Assembly: GCA_963701665.1 (NCBI GenBank)
Contig: OY969622.1
Location: forward strand, 1,248,001 to 1,312,000
DNA from: Candidatus Babeliales bacterium
GTDB lineage: Bacteria > Babelota > Babeliae > Babelales > JANWKD01
Reading direction: 5' to 3'
DNA: 64,000 nucleotides
Position numbers and translations under genes: made by a program. Positions 19,111 to 29,541 of this stretch are shown piece after piece; positions within the stretch are counted from its first letter, which is position 1, and each line of letters opens with the position of its first letter. The notes below the pieces were generated by a model. It was not told the DNA's origin. It did no database searches and saw only the letters and a program-made list of their open reading frames with translations.

Positions 19111-19470
19111 ATGAACGATAACACGACAACCATCGAAACAATAAAAAAACAACTCAAACAATTTACTGCAGAACGAGATTGGAATCAGTTTCATTCACCT
19201 AAAAATATGAGCATGCTTATTGCCATTGAAGCATCTGAATTAATGGAGCATTTTTTATGGGCTGATACGCAAGACTCTTACAACGTTCTTGAACAAAAAC
19301 GAGAAGCCATAGAACATGAAGTAGCAGACGTTGCTAAAGGTATACTTTTGTTTTGCCAAGAAAATAATATCGATCTGGCACAAGCGATTGAAAAGAAAAT
19401 GAAATTGGATGCTCAAAAATATCCTGTTGAAAAAGCAAAAGGCAAATCGACAAAATATACGGAATTATAA
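19111..19470 (+). CDS. MazG-like nucleotide pyrophosphohydrolase (dCTPase-like)
   Basis: ERDWNQFHSPKN, EASELME, HEVADV, KYPVEKAKG. Confidence 0.9.
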   Translation: MNDNTTTIETIKKQLKQFTAERDWNQFHSPKNMSMLIAIEASELMEHFLWADTQDSYNVLEQKREAIEHEVADVAKGILLFCQENNIDLAQAIEKKMKLDAQKYPVEKAKGKSTKYTEL

Positions 19471-19992
19471 CCTAACACCTTCAAGAGCAAGCAGTTTCTT
19501 TTTCAGCTCAAGGCCAGCGCGAAACCCTCGTAAACTACCATCACTGCCAATCACGCGGTGACAAGGGATAAGTATTAAAAAGGGATTTGCTCCCACGGCC
19601 TTTGCTACGGCGCGAGAGGCTTTGGGGTTACCAAGCTTTTTGGCAATATCTTGATAGGAGACCGTCTTTCCATAAGGGATTTCAAGTAAGGCCCGCCACA
19701 CGGATTTCTGAAATGGGGTACCAACAAGCTCTAAATTCAGGGAAAATGCTTTTCTCTTGCCCTCGACATATTCTTGCAGTTGCAAGGCAACGCCACTCGT
19801 TTCCTGAGCAAAAACGCGTGCGCCATCCTTAAAAGTCACATATTTGGCGAGCGTTTTCTGGGAATAAGCGCGTGCCTTCGGCTCATCAACATCCAGCCAT
19901 AAAAGACTCGTATCAGCTTTAAGAATGATGAATTTCCCTAATCCAGTTTCAATTATACGCCAATGAAGGGTAGTATTCATGGAACTTGCCAC
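19465..19992 (-). CDS. ogt: Methylated-DNA--protein-cysteine methyltransferase
   Basis: GTPFQKSVW, IPYG, RAVA, active-site PCHRV. Confidence 0.93.
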   Translation of the reverse strand: MASSMNTTLHWRIIETGLGKFIILKADTSLLWLDVDEPKARAYSQKTLAKYVTFKDGARVFAQETSGVALQLQEYVEGKRKAFSLNLELVGTPFQKSVWRALLEIPYGKTVSYQDIAKKLGNPKASRAVAKAVGANPFLILIPCHRVIGSDGSLRGFRAGLELKKKLLALEGVRL

Positions 19993-20248
19993 TCAATTTC
20001 GATATTTTACATTTGAAATAATGATTGATGCCGCCAATCATTTGACAATACAGCTTACCTATGTTTTAATAAAATTACTAACTAATTCAATAAAAAAATG
20101 GAAAAATTATGCCAATAAAATTCTATCAGACAATTAATCCTATAATCAACAAGCTTTTTTTGTTCTCAATGCAATTGGTTTCGGCTTCTTTTTTCTCATT
20201 TTGCGTTAACGCTACCGCCAAAAGATAACGGCAAGAAAGGGGTTATCA

Positions 20249-21844
20249 ATGGTTTTCTCATCAGAAATTACATCAAAAATAATATTTTTCTTTTTTGTTA
20301 TTTTGGCTTGTTACAGCGGCTATTATACCTATTTAAATACACCCCATTCAGAAACTGTGGACCAAATTTCATCAGCACTTATTGTGCACCATACTGATGA
20401 GACACAAACTCAATCACCAGATGCATTTCATGGTAACAAAGCAGGCGGGTTTCAATCGTTAACAAAGGAATACCAAAACATAGCGTTGCCAAGCAGAGGT
20501 ACGATTCCTGCATGGTTGCATGGTAAACTTCTTGGCACAGGCCCAGCACGATTTGAATTGGGTGAAAGCCATGTAAAATATTGGTTTAACGGACTTGCAA
20601 TGTTGCATGCTTTTACTATCGATAACGGCTTGGTGCATTATTCTAATAAATTTTTAGAAAGCGAATATTATCAACGTTGCATGAAAAATGGCAAATTTGA
20701 CAGCAGCATGAGCACTGAAAAGCCAAAAGGATTTTTCTCACGCTTGGCGAGTGCCGTAACCAGCCATGATCCCTACGATAATGGTACGATTGCCATTCAT
20801 AAATTACATGATATTTTTGTCGCCGTTACTGAAACGCCACTCCCCGTTGCGTTTGATCCAAAGACACTCAAAACAACAGCTCTCGTTAAATTTGATGATA
20901 CACTCAACGGCCATTTAACATCGGCTCAATTTCTATATGATCCGCTCACCAAAGAATTTTATAATTACATGATAGAATTCGCTACATCAAGTCAGTATCA
21001 TTTTTATAAGATCAAACCCGGCGGAAAAAGTCGAACGCTTATCGCTTCATTGCCCGTAAAATCACCCTCGTATATGCGTAGTTTTGGCATGAGTAAAAAC
21101 TATCTTATCTTGGTTGAGATTCCATTTATGGTTAATCCTATTGATTTACTCTTTGCTTCGGGCGCCTTTATTGAAACATTTGTATGGAAACCTAAATTAG
21201 GAACCACCATGCATGTTGTTAATAAACGTACCGGCGCCTATGTTGGCAGTTTCAAAACAGAACCGGTATATTCGATTAACACAATAAATGCATTTGAACA
21301 GGGCAACACGCTCAATATTGATATCATCGCTCATAATGACACACGCCTTGTTGGCCTAACCACTCTTGATGTTCTACGCCGCGCTAATAATGAGCAAGAA
21401 TTCTCACCATCTCTTGTAAAACGAATCAGCATCGCTCTTGATACCAAAGATGTTACTATGCAAATGCTCTCCAATAAGACTATTGAATTTCCAACGATCA
21501 ATAAAATGTACACGGCAAAAGATTACACATATGTCTATGGCATAGGCGCATTAAAACATGATGCGTTTCCTCACCTCATCACAAAAATAAATATTAAAAC
21601 AGGCGAACATCGTTATTGGTCAGAACAAGGATGTTATGCAAGTAGCCCAGTGTTTGTTCAAGCACCGCAGGCTAAGCAAGAAGATGAGGGCGTTCTTCTT
21701 TCTATTGTTTTTGATAGTACGGTAAATCGTTCATTCCTCGTAATACTTGATGCAGATACGATGACAGAACATGCGCGCGCTTTGTTGCAGAACCATATCC
21801 CCCTAGGAATTATGGCCCAATTCTATATTTCTAAAGATCGGTAA
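20249..21844 (+). CDS. Carotenoid oxygenase/RPE65-family homolog with N-terminal TM; iron ligands apparently lost
   Basis: GTIPAWLHG, GPARF, WFNGLAMLH, TETP, IEFPTIN, EDEGVLLS. Confidence 0.85.
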   Translation: MVFSSEITSKIIFFFFVILACYSGYYTYLNTPHSETVDQISSALIVHHTDETQTQSPDAFHGNKAGGFQSLTKEYQNIALPSRGTIPAWLHGKLLGTGPARFELGESHVKYWFNGLAMLHAFTIDNGLVHYSNKFLESEYYQRCMKNGKFDSSMSTEKPKGFFSRLASAVTSHDPYDNGTIAIHKLHDIFVAVTETPLPVAFDPKTLKTTALVKFDDTLNGHLTSAQFLYDPLTKEFYNYMIEFATSSQYHFYKIKPGGKSRTLIASLPVKSPSYMRSFGMSKNYLILVEIPFMVNPIDLLFASGAFIETFVWKPKLGTTMHVVNKRTGAYVGSFKTEPVYSINTINAFEQGNTLNIDIIAHNDTRLVGLTTLDVLRRANNEQEFSPSLVKRISIALDTKDVTMQMLSNKTIEFPTINKMYTAKDYTYVYGIGALKHDAFPHLITKINIKTGEHRYWSEQGCYASSPVFVQAPQAKQEDEGVLLSIVFDSTVNRSFLVILDADTMTEHARALLQNHIPLGIMAQFYISKDR

Positions 21845-22300
21845 GACAGGGTAACAATCTGAGCAGGTAATTCCTTCGCTTGTTACATATAGCAAGCTAT
21901 ACATTTCAAAATCATGATAGTTGTTATATAAGATGCTTAAATCATTTCCACTCATATCTATGTGCTGTTTACATTTGCTTGCATACAATGCTTTAAGCTG
22001 TTCAAGCGCATCATTGATCTGCACATATTTTTTAGCTACCAAAATCTGCCTAAACCATTCATATATTAGCTCGCTTTCTTGTTGAAATTCTTTTGCACGT
22101 TTACAGCAATCACAACATGCGTCAAAGCTATTTGATTTAGGGAATGTATCCTTTTTCACGTTATAATATGGCAGATATATGTTGTCTAAGACAGCTTGAG
22201 CTCTCTTTCTTGTGTTTTGTACTCTTTCATCATAAATATCACATTCCATGCTATGCATAGAGCCAATGCCAATTAATACAAAAAATAATAGCATCCTCAT
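21803..22300 (-). CDS. Hypothetical secreted protein
   Basis: Signal peptide followed by MEC; several Cys. Confidence 0.6.
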   Translation of the reverse strand: MRMLLFFVLIGIGSMHSMECDIYDERVQNTRKRAQAVLDNIYLPYYNVKKDTFPKSNSFDACCDCCKRAKEFQQESELIYEWFRQILVAKKYVQINDALEQLKALYASKCKQHIDMSGNDLSILYNNYHDFEMYSLLYVTSEGITCSDCYPVLPIFRNIELGHNS

Positions 22301-22448
22301 GTGGTTCTTTTTCTTATAATTTTTTTTAATAGGATTATTTCATCAAAAGTATAGTAATTTACTAGATTTTGCACAATTCTTGCATGGCAAACGAGCGTTT
22401 TTTTATAATGAAAATACAAAAAAGAATATAGATCTTTGAAAGGAATAT

Positions 22449-23609
22449 ATGAAAAAATCTTTATCGATATTCATTTTTGCCCTCTTTTTTCATTCATTTC
22501 TTTATGCAAACCCTCAACAAGACTTACAACAAGCACTCGCTCAACTGACATTGCGACTTGAGCGTTTACAATCATCTCTCAACAAGAGATTATCCCCAAA
22601 AAAGGCAGAAGAATATTTTGGATCGGAAGAGCTTCCAATTCCGCCTGAGATAAGAGAATATATTCTTGAAAAAATTATACCGACATCCCTTAGCTCAGGG
22701 GGTGTAGCAACTTTCAAAAACATTCTGGAAAATCTCAACAAAGTATCTCAAATATCAAAAGCATATAATGAGGCTTTGCAAAATTCACATTTTAAGAAAA
22801 TTATCGTGCAAAAATTATTTGGGATAATAACCCCTAGGGAGCTTTCTTCAATGAAGTTACCTAAAACTCTTTCTAATAGCAAAACAGTTTTAGGTACCAT
22901 AAACAATATTTTGTATTATTATAAATTGTTACGATACCCATCTGCATCAGCTCAAGTGATTGATGGAGCTATTCGGTATATCGTCGATGCTGGCATTGAT
23001 CCAAATACCCTTATGCACGGTCAAGATATTTTACTTAATATAGCCATTTTGTATGCTACACCAAACACGGTAAAATATCTCGTTCAAAAAGGCGCAAATG
23101 TTAATCTCTCAGATTATCTGAGCGACAACTATGTACCATTCCCATTTTCTCGAGCTTTATATTATTCTCCCGCGTCAGCATTGATTTTATTAGAAAGTCC
23201 AAGTATTGATATCGCGACTATCCTTGCGAACTTATCAAAGTATAAAATTCAAGTCACAACACCCACATTAAAATTTCTACATGACGGGAAAATGTATACA
23301 CAAATATTTAATGTTCTATTAGATAAAGGAATGTCTCCTAATGCAACTATACTGTGGGATATAGAGGAAACACCTTCCGTAACAGTTTTCAATACAATAG
23401 CAGCTCTTTATCCCCAAGCACTGTCACTTATTGAAAAAATGTTAAAAAACGGTGCTGATCCATCCAAAACTTTTTTTAATGGGTGGCAATCGATTACCGC
23501 ACTTGAGTATGCACAAGATAAAATGAATGATACTGATACACCTGAAAAAGATCGCGCAGCATATAAAAAGCTTTATGAGCTTCTTCAAAAATATAAAAAA
23601 ACGGCTTAA
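22449..23609 (+). CDS. Secreted ankyrin-repeat protein with F-box-like segment
   Basis: Signal peptide; VKYLVQKGANVN, LLDKGMSPN, MLKNGADP. Confidence 0.8.
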   Translation: MKKSLSIFIFALFFHSFLYANPQQDLQQALAQLTLRLERLQSSLNKRLSPKKAEEYFGSEELPIPPEIREYILEKIIPTSLSSGGVATFKNILENLNKVSQISKAYNEALQNSHFKKIIVQKLFGIITPRELSSMKLPKTLSNSKTVLGTINNILYYYKLLRYPSASAQVIDGAIRYIVDAGIDPNTLMHGQDILLNIAILYATPNTVKYLVQKGANVNLSDYLSDNYVPFPFSRALYYSPASALILLESPSIDIATILANLSKYKIQVTTPTLKFLHDGKMYTQIFNVLLDKGMSPNATILWDIEETPSVTVFNTIAALYPQALSLIEKMLKNGADPSKTFFNGWQSITALEYAQDKMNDTDTPEKDRAAYKKLYELLQKYKKTA

Positions 23610-23624
23610 TGTTAAAAGGAATGT

Positions 23625-24911
23625 ATGAAGAAATCTTTATCAATATTCATCCTTACCCTCGTTTCTTATTCAGGGCTTTATGCAAACCCTCGACAAGATT
23701 TACAAAAAGCACTCGCTCGACTGACATCGCAACTTGGATATTTACAATCAGAATTTTCAAAAGGCGCAAGTATTGAACCTAAGCCTACTGGGAACGTAGC
23801 TCATGGGCTCCCGTATGAATTAGTTTATAATATCGTTGAAAATATCATTCCTAAATATCTGAGCGAGAAACCCATTACAAAAACAACTAAGCTGGAAGAA
23901 AAGAGGCGTATTTTAGAACAACAAAAAAAGACTTTTCAAGCCATAATACGTAGTATCGCTGCCTTGGAGAGAACATCAAAGGAGTATAAAGAGGTTTTGA
24001 ACAAGCCTTTTTATAATACCATCATTATTAAAAAATTATTTTCATTGGTAACTCCTGAACTTTTTAACGAGCTTGTTAAGCTGCCAAAAAAATTCATTGA
24101 TAACCCCCAAACTATTTCAGGATTTATCAATAATGTCTTATATAGCCTCAATAAATTAAAAAACCTTACTGCGAATGATAGAAACCCCCAAGAAATTGAC
24201 AGGGCAATATCTTACGTTGTTGATAACAAAATTAATGAAATTCCTACAATCAATGCAAATTTTTCTTTGGATAATAGCAAATTACGCGATATAGCTGTTA
24301 AAGCTGATTCTTTAACAGGTCTCCAATATCTTATCGAGCGTGGACCATCTATCGATAATACATTACTTGCTAAGGCTATTGAAGCAGATTCACCTAATGT
24401 TGCTAAATATCTCTTACAACAGGGAACAAATGTTGAGAGCCTTACTGGATTATTTATAAAAGCATTTACTAAATCTCCTCGAGTTGCGCTAAGCATATTA
24501 GAAAGTCCAACAATTGATATCGAAGACATAAAGGAAAACTTTAAATCACCTCGCGTAATGATTATCAAACTAAGTTCTGATAATAATATGCAGGCATATG
24601 AAAAAATATTTAATATACTTCTGGATAATGGTTTTTCACCTAATATAAAAATTGATCTTTATCCACACCCATTAACGCTATTGAATTTTTTCACACAATT
24701 TAGCCAAGAAAAAATGCCATTAGCTTTAATTCAAAAACTTTTAGAAAAAGGAGCCGACCTAGATGAAGCTTTTTATGATGGTCACAGTTGGGTCACTCCA
24801 TTGGAATATGCGGAAGCAATAAAAAATAACTACCAAAATGAAACAGTACGCAAAGAATATGAAAAACTTTACAATCTTTTGAAAGCATATAAAGACAAAA
24901 GCCAAAAGTAA
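23625..24911 (+). CDS. Secreted ankyrin-repeat protein with F-box-like segment (paralog of 22449)
   Basis: Near-identical leader; AKYLLQQG, LLDNGFSPN, LLEKGAD, TPLEYA. Confidence 0.8.
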   Translation: MKKSLSIFILTLVSYSGLYANPRQDLQKALARLTSQLGYLQSEFSKGASIEPKPTGNVAHGLPYELVYNIVENIIPKYLSEKPITKTTKLEEKRRILEQQKKTFQAIIRSIAALERTSKEYKEVLNKPFYNTIIIKKLFSLVTPELFNELVKLPKKFIDNPQTISGFINNVLYSLNKLKNLTANDRNPQEIDRAISYVVDNKINEIPTINANFSLDNSKLRDIAVKADSLTGLQYLIERGPSIDNTLLAKAIEADSPNVAKYLLQQGTNVESLTGLFIKAFTKSPRVALSILESPTIDIEDIKENFKSPRVMIIKLSSDNNMQAYEKIFNILLDNGFSPNIKIDLYPHPLTLLNFFTQFSQEKMPLALIQKLLEKGADLDEAFYDGHSWVTPLEYAEAIKNNYQNETVRKEYEKLYNLLKAYKDKSQK

Positions 24912-24916
24912 GAAAT

Positions 24917-25936
24917 TTAACTCTTAGCTTCTCGCACAACCTTATGTGCACTTTTATCATCACGCAGCCCCTTATAGCGGCCAACTCGGAGTTTGCCGCC
25001 TTTTGTCCATTGCGCAAATTCAAATTCAGCAACAATAACTGGCCGCACCCAGGTTACTCCTCTTAATGTTTCGCCATAGTTAACAAAAGGGCATTTTGTG
25101 GTAGTAATTTTTTTCAGTTTTTTACCAAGCATCGCAAGTATTTCGTGCGTAAAACCGGTGCCCACTTTTCCAGCATACATAAACTTATTTTTGTCAAAAT
25201 AACCGACGAGCAAGGCACCAAAATAGGAGCGCGATCCTTTTGGCTCGGTAAAACCGCCGATTACAAGCTCTTGCCCAACACTACATTTAAATTTGAGCCA
25301 ATTAGGAGAACGTACGCCAACTGCATAAATACCCTCTCGCCTTTTAGCAATCAGGCCCTCCCATTTTAGCCTGCATGCTTTTTTGAATAATATTAGGGCA
25401 TTACCGGGCAATTCGCGCGTATATTCGAGCGTCGTGTTAAACGAGAGTAATCTTTTGAGTATTTTTTTGCGAGCGTATAAAGGAAGATGCGTTATATCAT
25501 AGCCATCAACATATACAATATCAAAAATACAATATTTAATTGGCACGGTACGTTTTTTTTCTGTGATTTCTTGCATCCCTTGCAAATGCATTCTCCCCTG
25601 CAACAACTGAAAATCTGAAATCCCTTTTTTATTGCAGGCAACTATTTCACCATCAATAATAAAATTATCTGCTTTTTGTTTTGTTAACGCAGTCACAAGT
25701 TCCGGATATTCTGTATTGCTAATTCTGTTATTGCGCGATTTTAAATGCACAACGCCATTTTTTTTAATCGCCAAACACCGCTCCCCATCAAATTTGTGCT
25801 CATACATCCAATGTTCATCGGAAAAATACTTTTTTGTTAGGGTGGCAAGCATGGGCTTAACAAAGGTAGGCTGCTTAACTTTTTTTCTTTTTTTTAAAAT
25901 CTCTGATGCAATTCCTTGGAAAATATTTTTTATCAT
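24917..25936 (-). CDS. ATP-dependent DNA ligase, LigD ligase-domain type
   Basis: PMLATL, EHKFDGER (KxDG), DGEIV, EGLIAK, WLKFK, YAGKVGTG; no polymerase or phosphoesterase domain. Confidence 0.9.
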   Translation of the reverse strand: MIKNIFQGIASEILKKRKKVKQPTFVKPMLATLTKKYFSDEHWMYEHKFDGERCLAIKKNGVVHLKSRNNRISNTEYPELVTALTKQKADNFIIDGEIVACNKKGISDFQLLQGRMHLQGMQEITEKKRTVPIKYCIFDIVYVDGYDITHLPLYARKKILKRLLSFNTTLEYTRELPGNALILFKKACRLKWEGLIAKRREGIYAVGVRSPNWLKFKCSVGQELVIGGFTEPKGSRSYFGALLVGYFDKNKFMYAGKVGTGFTHEILAMLGKKLKKITTTKCPFVNYGETLRGVTWVRPVIVAEFEFAQWTKGGKLRVGRYKGLRDDKSAHKVVREAKS

Positions 25937-26072
25937 TCTTTTCTCCAAAAACAAAAATGTCATTTTCCTTTCTAACGCTTAAAAAATATGCAGAGAATAA
26001 TCAAGAATTTTGATTAATACCAATTTCGAGTACATGAAACTTATCCAACACAAAAGATCCAATAAGCAGAAT

Positions 26073-26168
26073 TGTCATTGTGAGCTCATCGGAGATGAGC
26101 GTAGCAATCCAGTCTGATTAGGATTTTCATTTTAAAGACTGGATCCCTACGCTTCGCTCAGGATGACA
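26073..26168. repeat. REP/RPE-like two-armed palindromic unit
   Basis: TGTCATTGTGAG...GTAGCAATCCAG-spacer-CTGGATCCCTACG...CAGGATGACA. Confidence 0.75.
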
Positions 26169-26252
26169 CCGTTGTTTATAATGTTAACTTGCTAATCTTT
26201 AAGTTCTATTGTTTAAAAATAAAGTGCATATTGGAAACAAAATTGTCATTGC

Positions 26253-27430
26253 TGTATGTGTTCAGAGTTTCGGTGAATAATTTTTGGCACAAAGAGACAA
26301 GCAGAGTTAAATTGAAAATTTTTTAATTCCCTTAAACGGGTGTGCTCGATTCCTTCAACAAAGCTGATGGAATTTTACCATCCAAACCTTGATGGGGCCG
26401 ATGTTCATTATGATAGAAATTATAGCCAAGAACAGCATCTTTTAGTTCATCAATTGTGTTAAATATAGATCCTTCAATAACTTCATCATCAAAAGAACGC
26501 CAAAATCTCTCAATTTTTCCATTTGTTTGAGGCTTATAAGGGAGGGTTCTTCGGTGCTTAATAGCAAAATGAAGTAGCAATCTTTCAAAAGGATGATTTT
26601 TTAATCTTTCTGGACCTGAACAAAATTCAGCACCATTATCAGTTAAAGCTTCATCAAATGTGATACCGTATCGTTGGTTCATATGCAAAATGATATCCAT
26701 CATAGCAAAAGTCACATCTATTGCTTTGAGAGATTCAATTACTTCAACCCAAACTATTCTAGAGAAGTCATCAATAACTCCCAGCACAAAATATTTCTTT
26801 TTAGGTTCAGATTGCACAATTTCTTTAGGTAAGTAATGGCAATCTATATGGGCTAATGACCCTGCGAATGTTCTCACGATCTTTCTTTTTTCCTCTTGTA
26901 CTCGTTTAGTTAACTTAGAAACGCCATATTTTCGTAATGTTCGATATACTGAACTTGCAGAACAACCCTTTTTAATCAAGGGATTTTTTTTGAGGGCTGC
27001 GGCAATAACATACCTATTTAAACCTGATTTCCGATACTCTAAAATTTGTTTTACAAGACTATCATCTGCAAGCGGCATTTCTTCAAACTTAGGCTTGGGA
27101 CCGCGTCTTATAGGCAACAAAAGTTCGGGAATTTCCTGAGCAGCTTTGTAGCGTCTGTAAAGCTTATAAAAATTCTGAAAACAGAGTTCTCTGGCTTCAA
27201 AAAATTCTCGAACACGCTTAAATTGAGGGTGTTTTTTTGACTTAACAAGTTCGTATTCTTCCACATATTTTAGCATATATTTAATTGAATTGCTTGCTAA
27301 AGTACGATACGATGTATTTATACCCATAAAAGGAACTCCTGTTAAAATTGTTAATATTTGCATATTTAATTCTAACTCTGATTTCCCTTTGTGGGTATCT
27401 TTTTATTCACCGAAATTATGAACTTCTACA
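26253..27430 (-). mobile_element. IS481-family insertion sequence, 1178 bp
   Basis: 28-bp TGT..ACA inverted repeats (23/28 match); ATTGC duplicated at 26248..26252 and 27431..27435. Confidence 0.9.
26332..27327 (-). CDS. IS481-family DDE transposase
   Basis: HID, IDDFSR, TDNGAEF, PQTNGKIERF, NEHRPH; AGGAG RBS. Confidence 0.92.
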   Translation of the reverse strand: MGINTSYRTLASNSIKYMLKYVEEYELVKSKKHPQFKRVREFFEARELCFQNFYKLYRRYKAAQEIPELLLPIRRGPKPKFEEMPLADDSLVKQILEYRKSGLNRYVIAAALKKNPLIKKGCSASSVYRTLRKYGVSKLTKRVQEEKRKIVRTFAGSLAHIDCHYLPKEIVQSEPKKKYFVLGVIDDFSRIVWVEVIESLKAIDVTFAMMDIILHMNQRYGITFDEALTDNGAEFCSGPERLKNHPFERLLLHFAIKHRRTLPYKPQTNGKIERFWRSFDDEVIEGSIFNTIDELKDAVLGYNFYHNEHRPHQGLDGKIPSALLKESSTPV

Positions 27431-27528
27431 ATTGCGAGCAAAGCGTGGCAATCCAATTATAAAATTAGTTCATTAAAGGAATTAATTAAAGTTTGGATTC
27501 CCACGGCGCTTTGCGCCTCGGAATGACA
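27431..27528. repeat. Remainder of REP/RPE-like unit interrupted by the IS481 element
   Basis: Joins TGTCATTGC at 26244..26252; collinear with intact unit 40580..40680. Confidence 0.8.
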
Positions 27529-27557
27529 TCCCTGTATTTATTGTACGTTTCGTCGCA

Positions 27558-29537
27558 CTATGATAATGGATGGGGCGTAAAAAAAAGTGAACTTTTGAAA
27601 TAGCGTTTATCGATTGTTTGGAATAACAAGGCAATGTGCGCCATACTTTCACTTTTTAAATACATTTTCCGTGCATAAAAATTTTTAATTTTATGCACCG
27701 GCGGTTTTGCAGGTCCAAGCACGGCAACCTCAAGATCGTGATCAGCAATTTTCTTGCGCAACACAGTACCTAAAAATTTCGCTTCTTTGTCAACAACTGA
27801 TTCATCATGATGTTTGAGTTCAAGTTCAACTAAACGAACAAAGGGAGGATATCTTAACTCTTTTCTGTGCACACTCTCGTGCTGATAATAAGAAAGGTAA
27901 TCGACCTCATGCAAATATTCAAAAAGTGGATTTTCGCGCATTGTCTGAATAATAACAAGACTCTTTTCATGTTGTCTTCCGGCGCGCCCTGCAACTTGAA
28001 TGAGCTGTTGCAACGCAACTTCCGAGGCATTATATAATGGCGTGTGAATTGCAAGATCCGCCCAAATGACGCCAACGAGTGTAACGCGCGGGAAATGATA
28101 GCCTTTAGTGATCGTCTGCGTGCCTACTAAAATGTCGATCGCGCCATCATGAAACGCGCGCACCGTTTGTTGCCATTTTTTTTTGTTGATCGTTACATCC
28201 ATATCCGCCCGTTCAATGCGCGCGTTTGGGAATAATTTTTGTAAAAGCGAAACCAATTGTTGCGTGCCGATTCCTTTTTTGAGCAACTGCGATTCATCTG
28301 CTTTACAACCTGGACATTGTTTTGGCATCGGCAACGTATAACCGCAATAATGGCACGTAAGCTGCTGATCTTCGTGCAACGTTAAACTTACTGAACAATT
28401 GGCACAGGTAATAATAAAACTGCATGCTGCACATTGCACAAAAAAGCTGTAGCCGCGCCGGTTTAAAAAAATAAGTATCTGTTCTTTTTTTGTTAAACGA
28501 TCCTGGATGGCATCTTCTAATTCTTTGCTGATCCAAAACGAACGCTTTTTTTTCATTTTATTGGTTAGTTCAACCAAAACAACCTGAGGGAAATTGCCAC
28601 TGAACCGTTTTTTTATTTGGAAAAAAGGCCAGCCTTTTTCTTTTACATTATAAAGGGATGTTAGCGATGGCGTTGCAGATCCTAAAAGAATCGGAATACC
28701 AGCAAGCTTTGCACGCATTAATGCCGCTTCTTTGGTGTTAATTTTGGGATGCTTTTTTTCTTGATAACCAACATCATGTTCTTCATCAATGATAATGAGC
28801 CCTAGATGTGCGATGGGTAACAAAATAGGTAAATGCACGCCGATAATGACACAAGGTGATTCGGCGCATAGCATCTGCCACAACCGTTTTTTTTCTTTTT
28901 GACTCGTGGCTGAATGGAAAGAAAGTAGTGGGATACTCGGATCCAATTGATTTTGCAAAAGCACCATAAATTGCACAGCTAAACTTACTTCAGGCAATAA
29001 TAACAAAACCGTTTTGCGCTGAGCAAAAGCAACTTCCATCAATTTTTTATAAATTTCTGTTTTGCCCGATCCTGTTACGCCGTGCAACACGGTTGGGCAA
29101 AACGCAGGATGCACGAGATATTCTTTTAAAAACGAGAACACTGCTTCTTGTTCTTGCGTAAGCACCGCACCCTTTTTGGGTTCCATCTCCGATGGCAACA
29201 ATTCGCGCGCAACGACATCATCGGTTGCACTCAACAAAAATTGACGCACTCGTTTAACAAAAAAAAGATAATCAACTTGATAATAATCAGCTAACTGCGC
29301 GACAAACTGTTGATAACACGCGTCTGAAGGAAACTGCTCAACATCTTCAAGATCTTTAATGACAAACGAGGTTTCAGGTTTTTGTTCAAAGACTTTTTCA
29401 ACAATCGCTGCACTCGTTTTATTTCTTATAGGCACGCGTACAAAAGAACCAACGCACGCTTTCTCTTGAGCATGCGAGGGAACTCCATAGATGAGAGGTT
29501 CTTGAAAACCTTTTAAAAGGCGAACTTGGACAAACAT
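27558..29537 (-). CDS. priA: Primosomal protein N'
   Basis: GVTGSGKT, DEEH, SATP, four CxxC pairs, QVAGRAGR. Confidence 0.95.
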   Translation of the reverse strand: MFVQVRLLKGFQEPLIYGVPSHAQEKACVGSFVRVPIRNKTSAAIVEKVFEQKPETSFVIKDLEDVEQFPSDACYQQFVAQLADYYQVDYLFFVKRVRQFLLSATDDVVARELLPSEMEPKKGAVLTQEQEAVFSFLKEYLVHPAFCPTVLHGVTGSGKTEIYKKLMEVAFAQRKTVLLLLPEVSLAVQFMVLLQNQLDPSIPLLSFHSATSQKEKKRLWQMLCAESPCVIIGVHLPILLPIAHLGLIIIDEEHDVGYQEKKHPKINTKEAALMRAKLAGIPILLGSATPSLTSLYNVKEKGWPFFQIKKRFSGNFPQVVLVELTNKMKKKRSFWISKELEDAIQDRLTKKEQILIFLNRRGYSFFVQCAACSFIITCANCSVSLTLHEDQQLTCHYCGYTLPMPKQCPGCKADESQLLKKGIGTQQLVSLLQKLFPNARIERADMDVTINKKKWQQTVRAFHDGAIDILVGTQTITKGYHFPRVTLVGVIWADLAIHTPLYNASEVALQQLIQVAGRAGRQHEKSLVIIQTMRENPLFEYLHEVDYLSYYQHESVHRKELRYPPFVRLVELELKHHDESVVDKEAKFLGTVLRKKIADHDLEVAVLGPAKPPVHKIKNFYARKMYLKSESMAHIALLFQTIDKRYFKSSLFFTPHPLS

Positions 29538-29541
29538 TATA

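Noticed and set aside
16504..27430. Integrative island at tRNA-Ser(TGA)
   Set aside because: Accessory-looking genes follow, but I found no integrase and no duplicated tRNA 3' end (att site)
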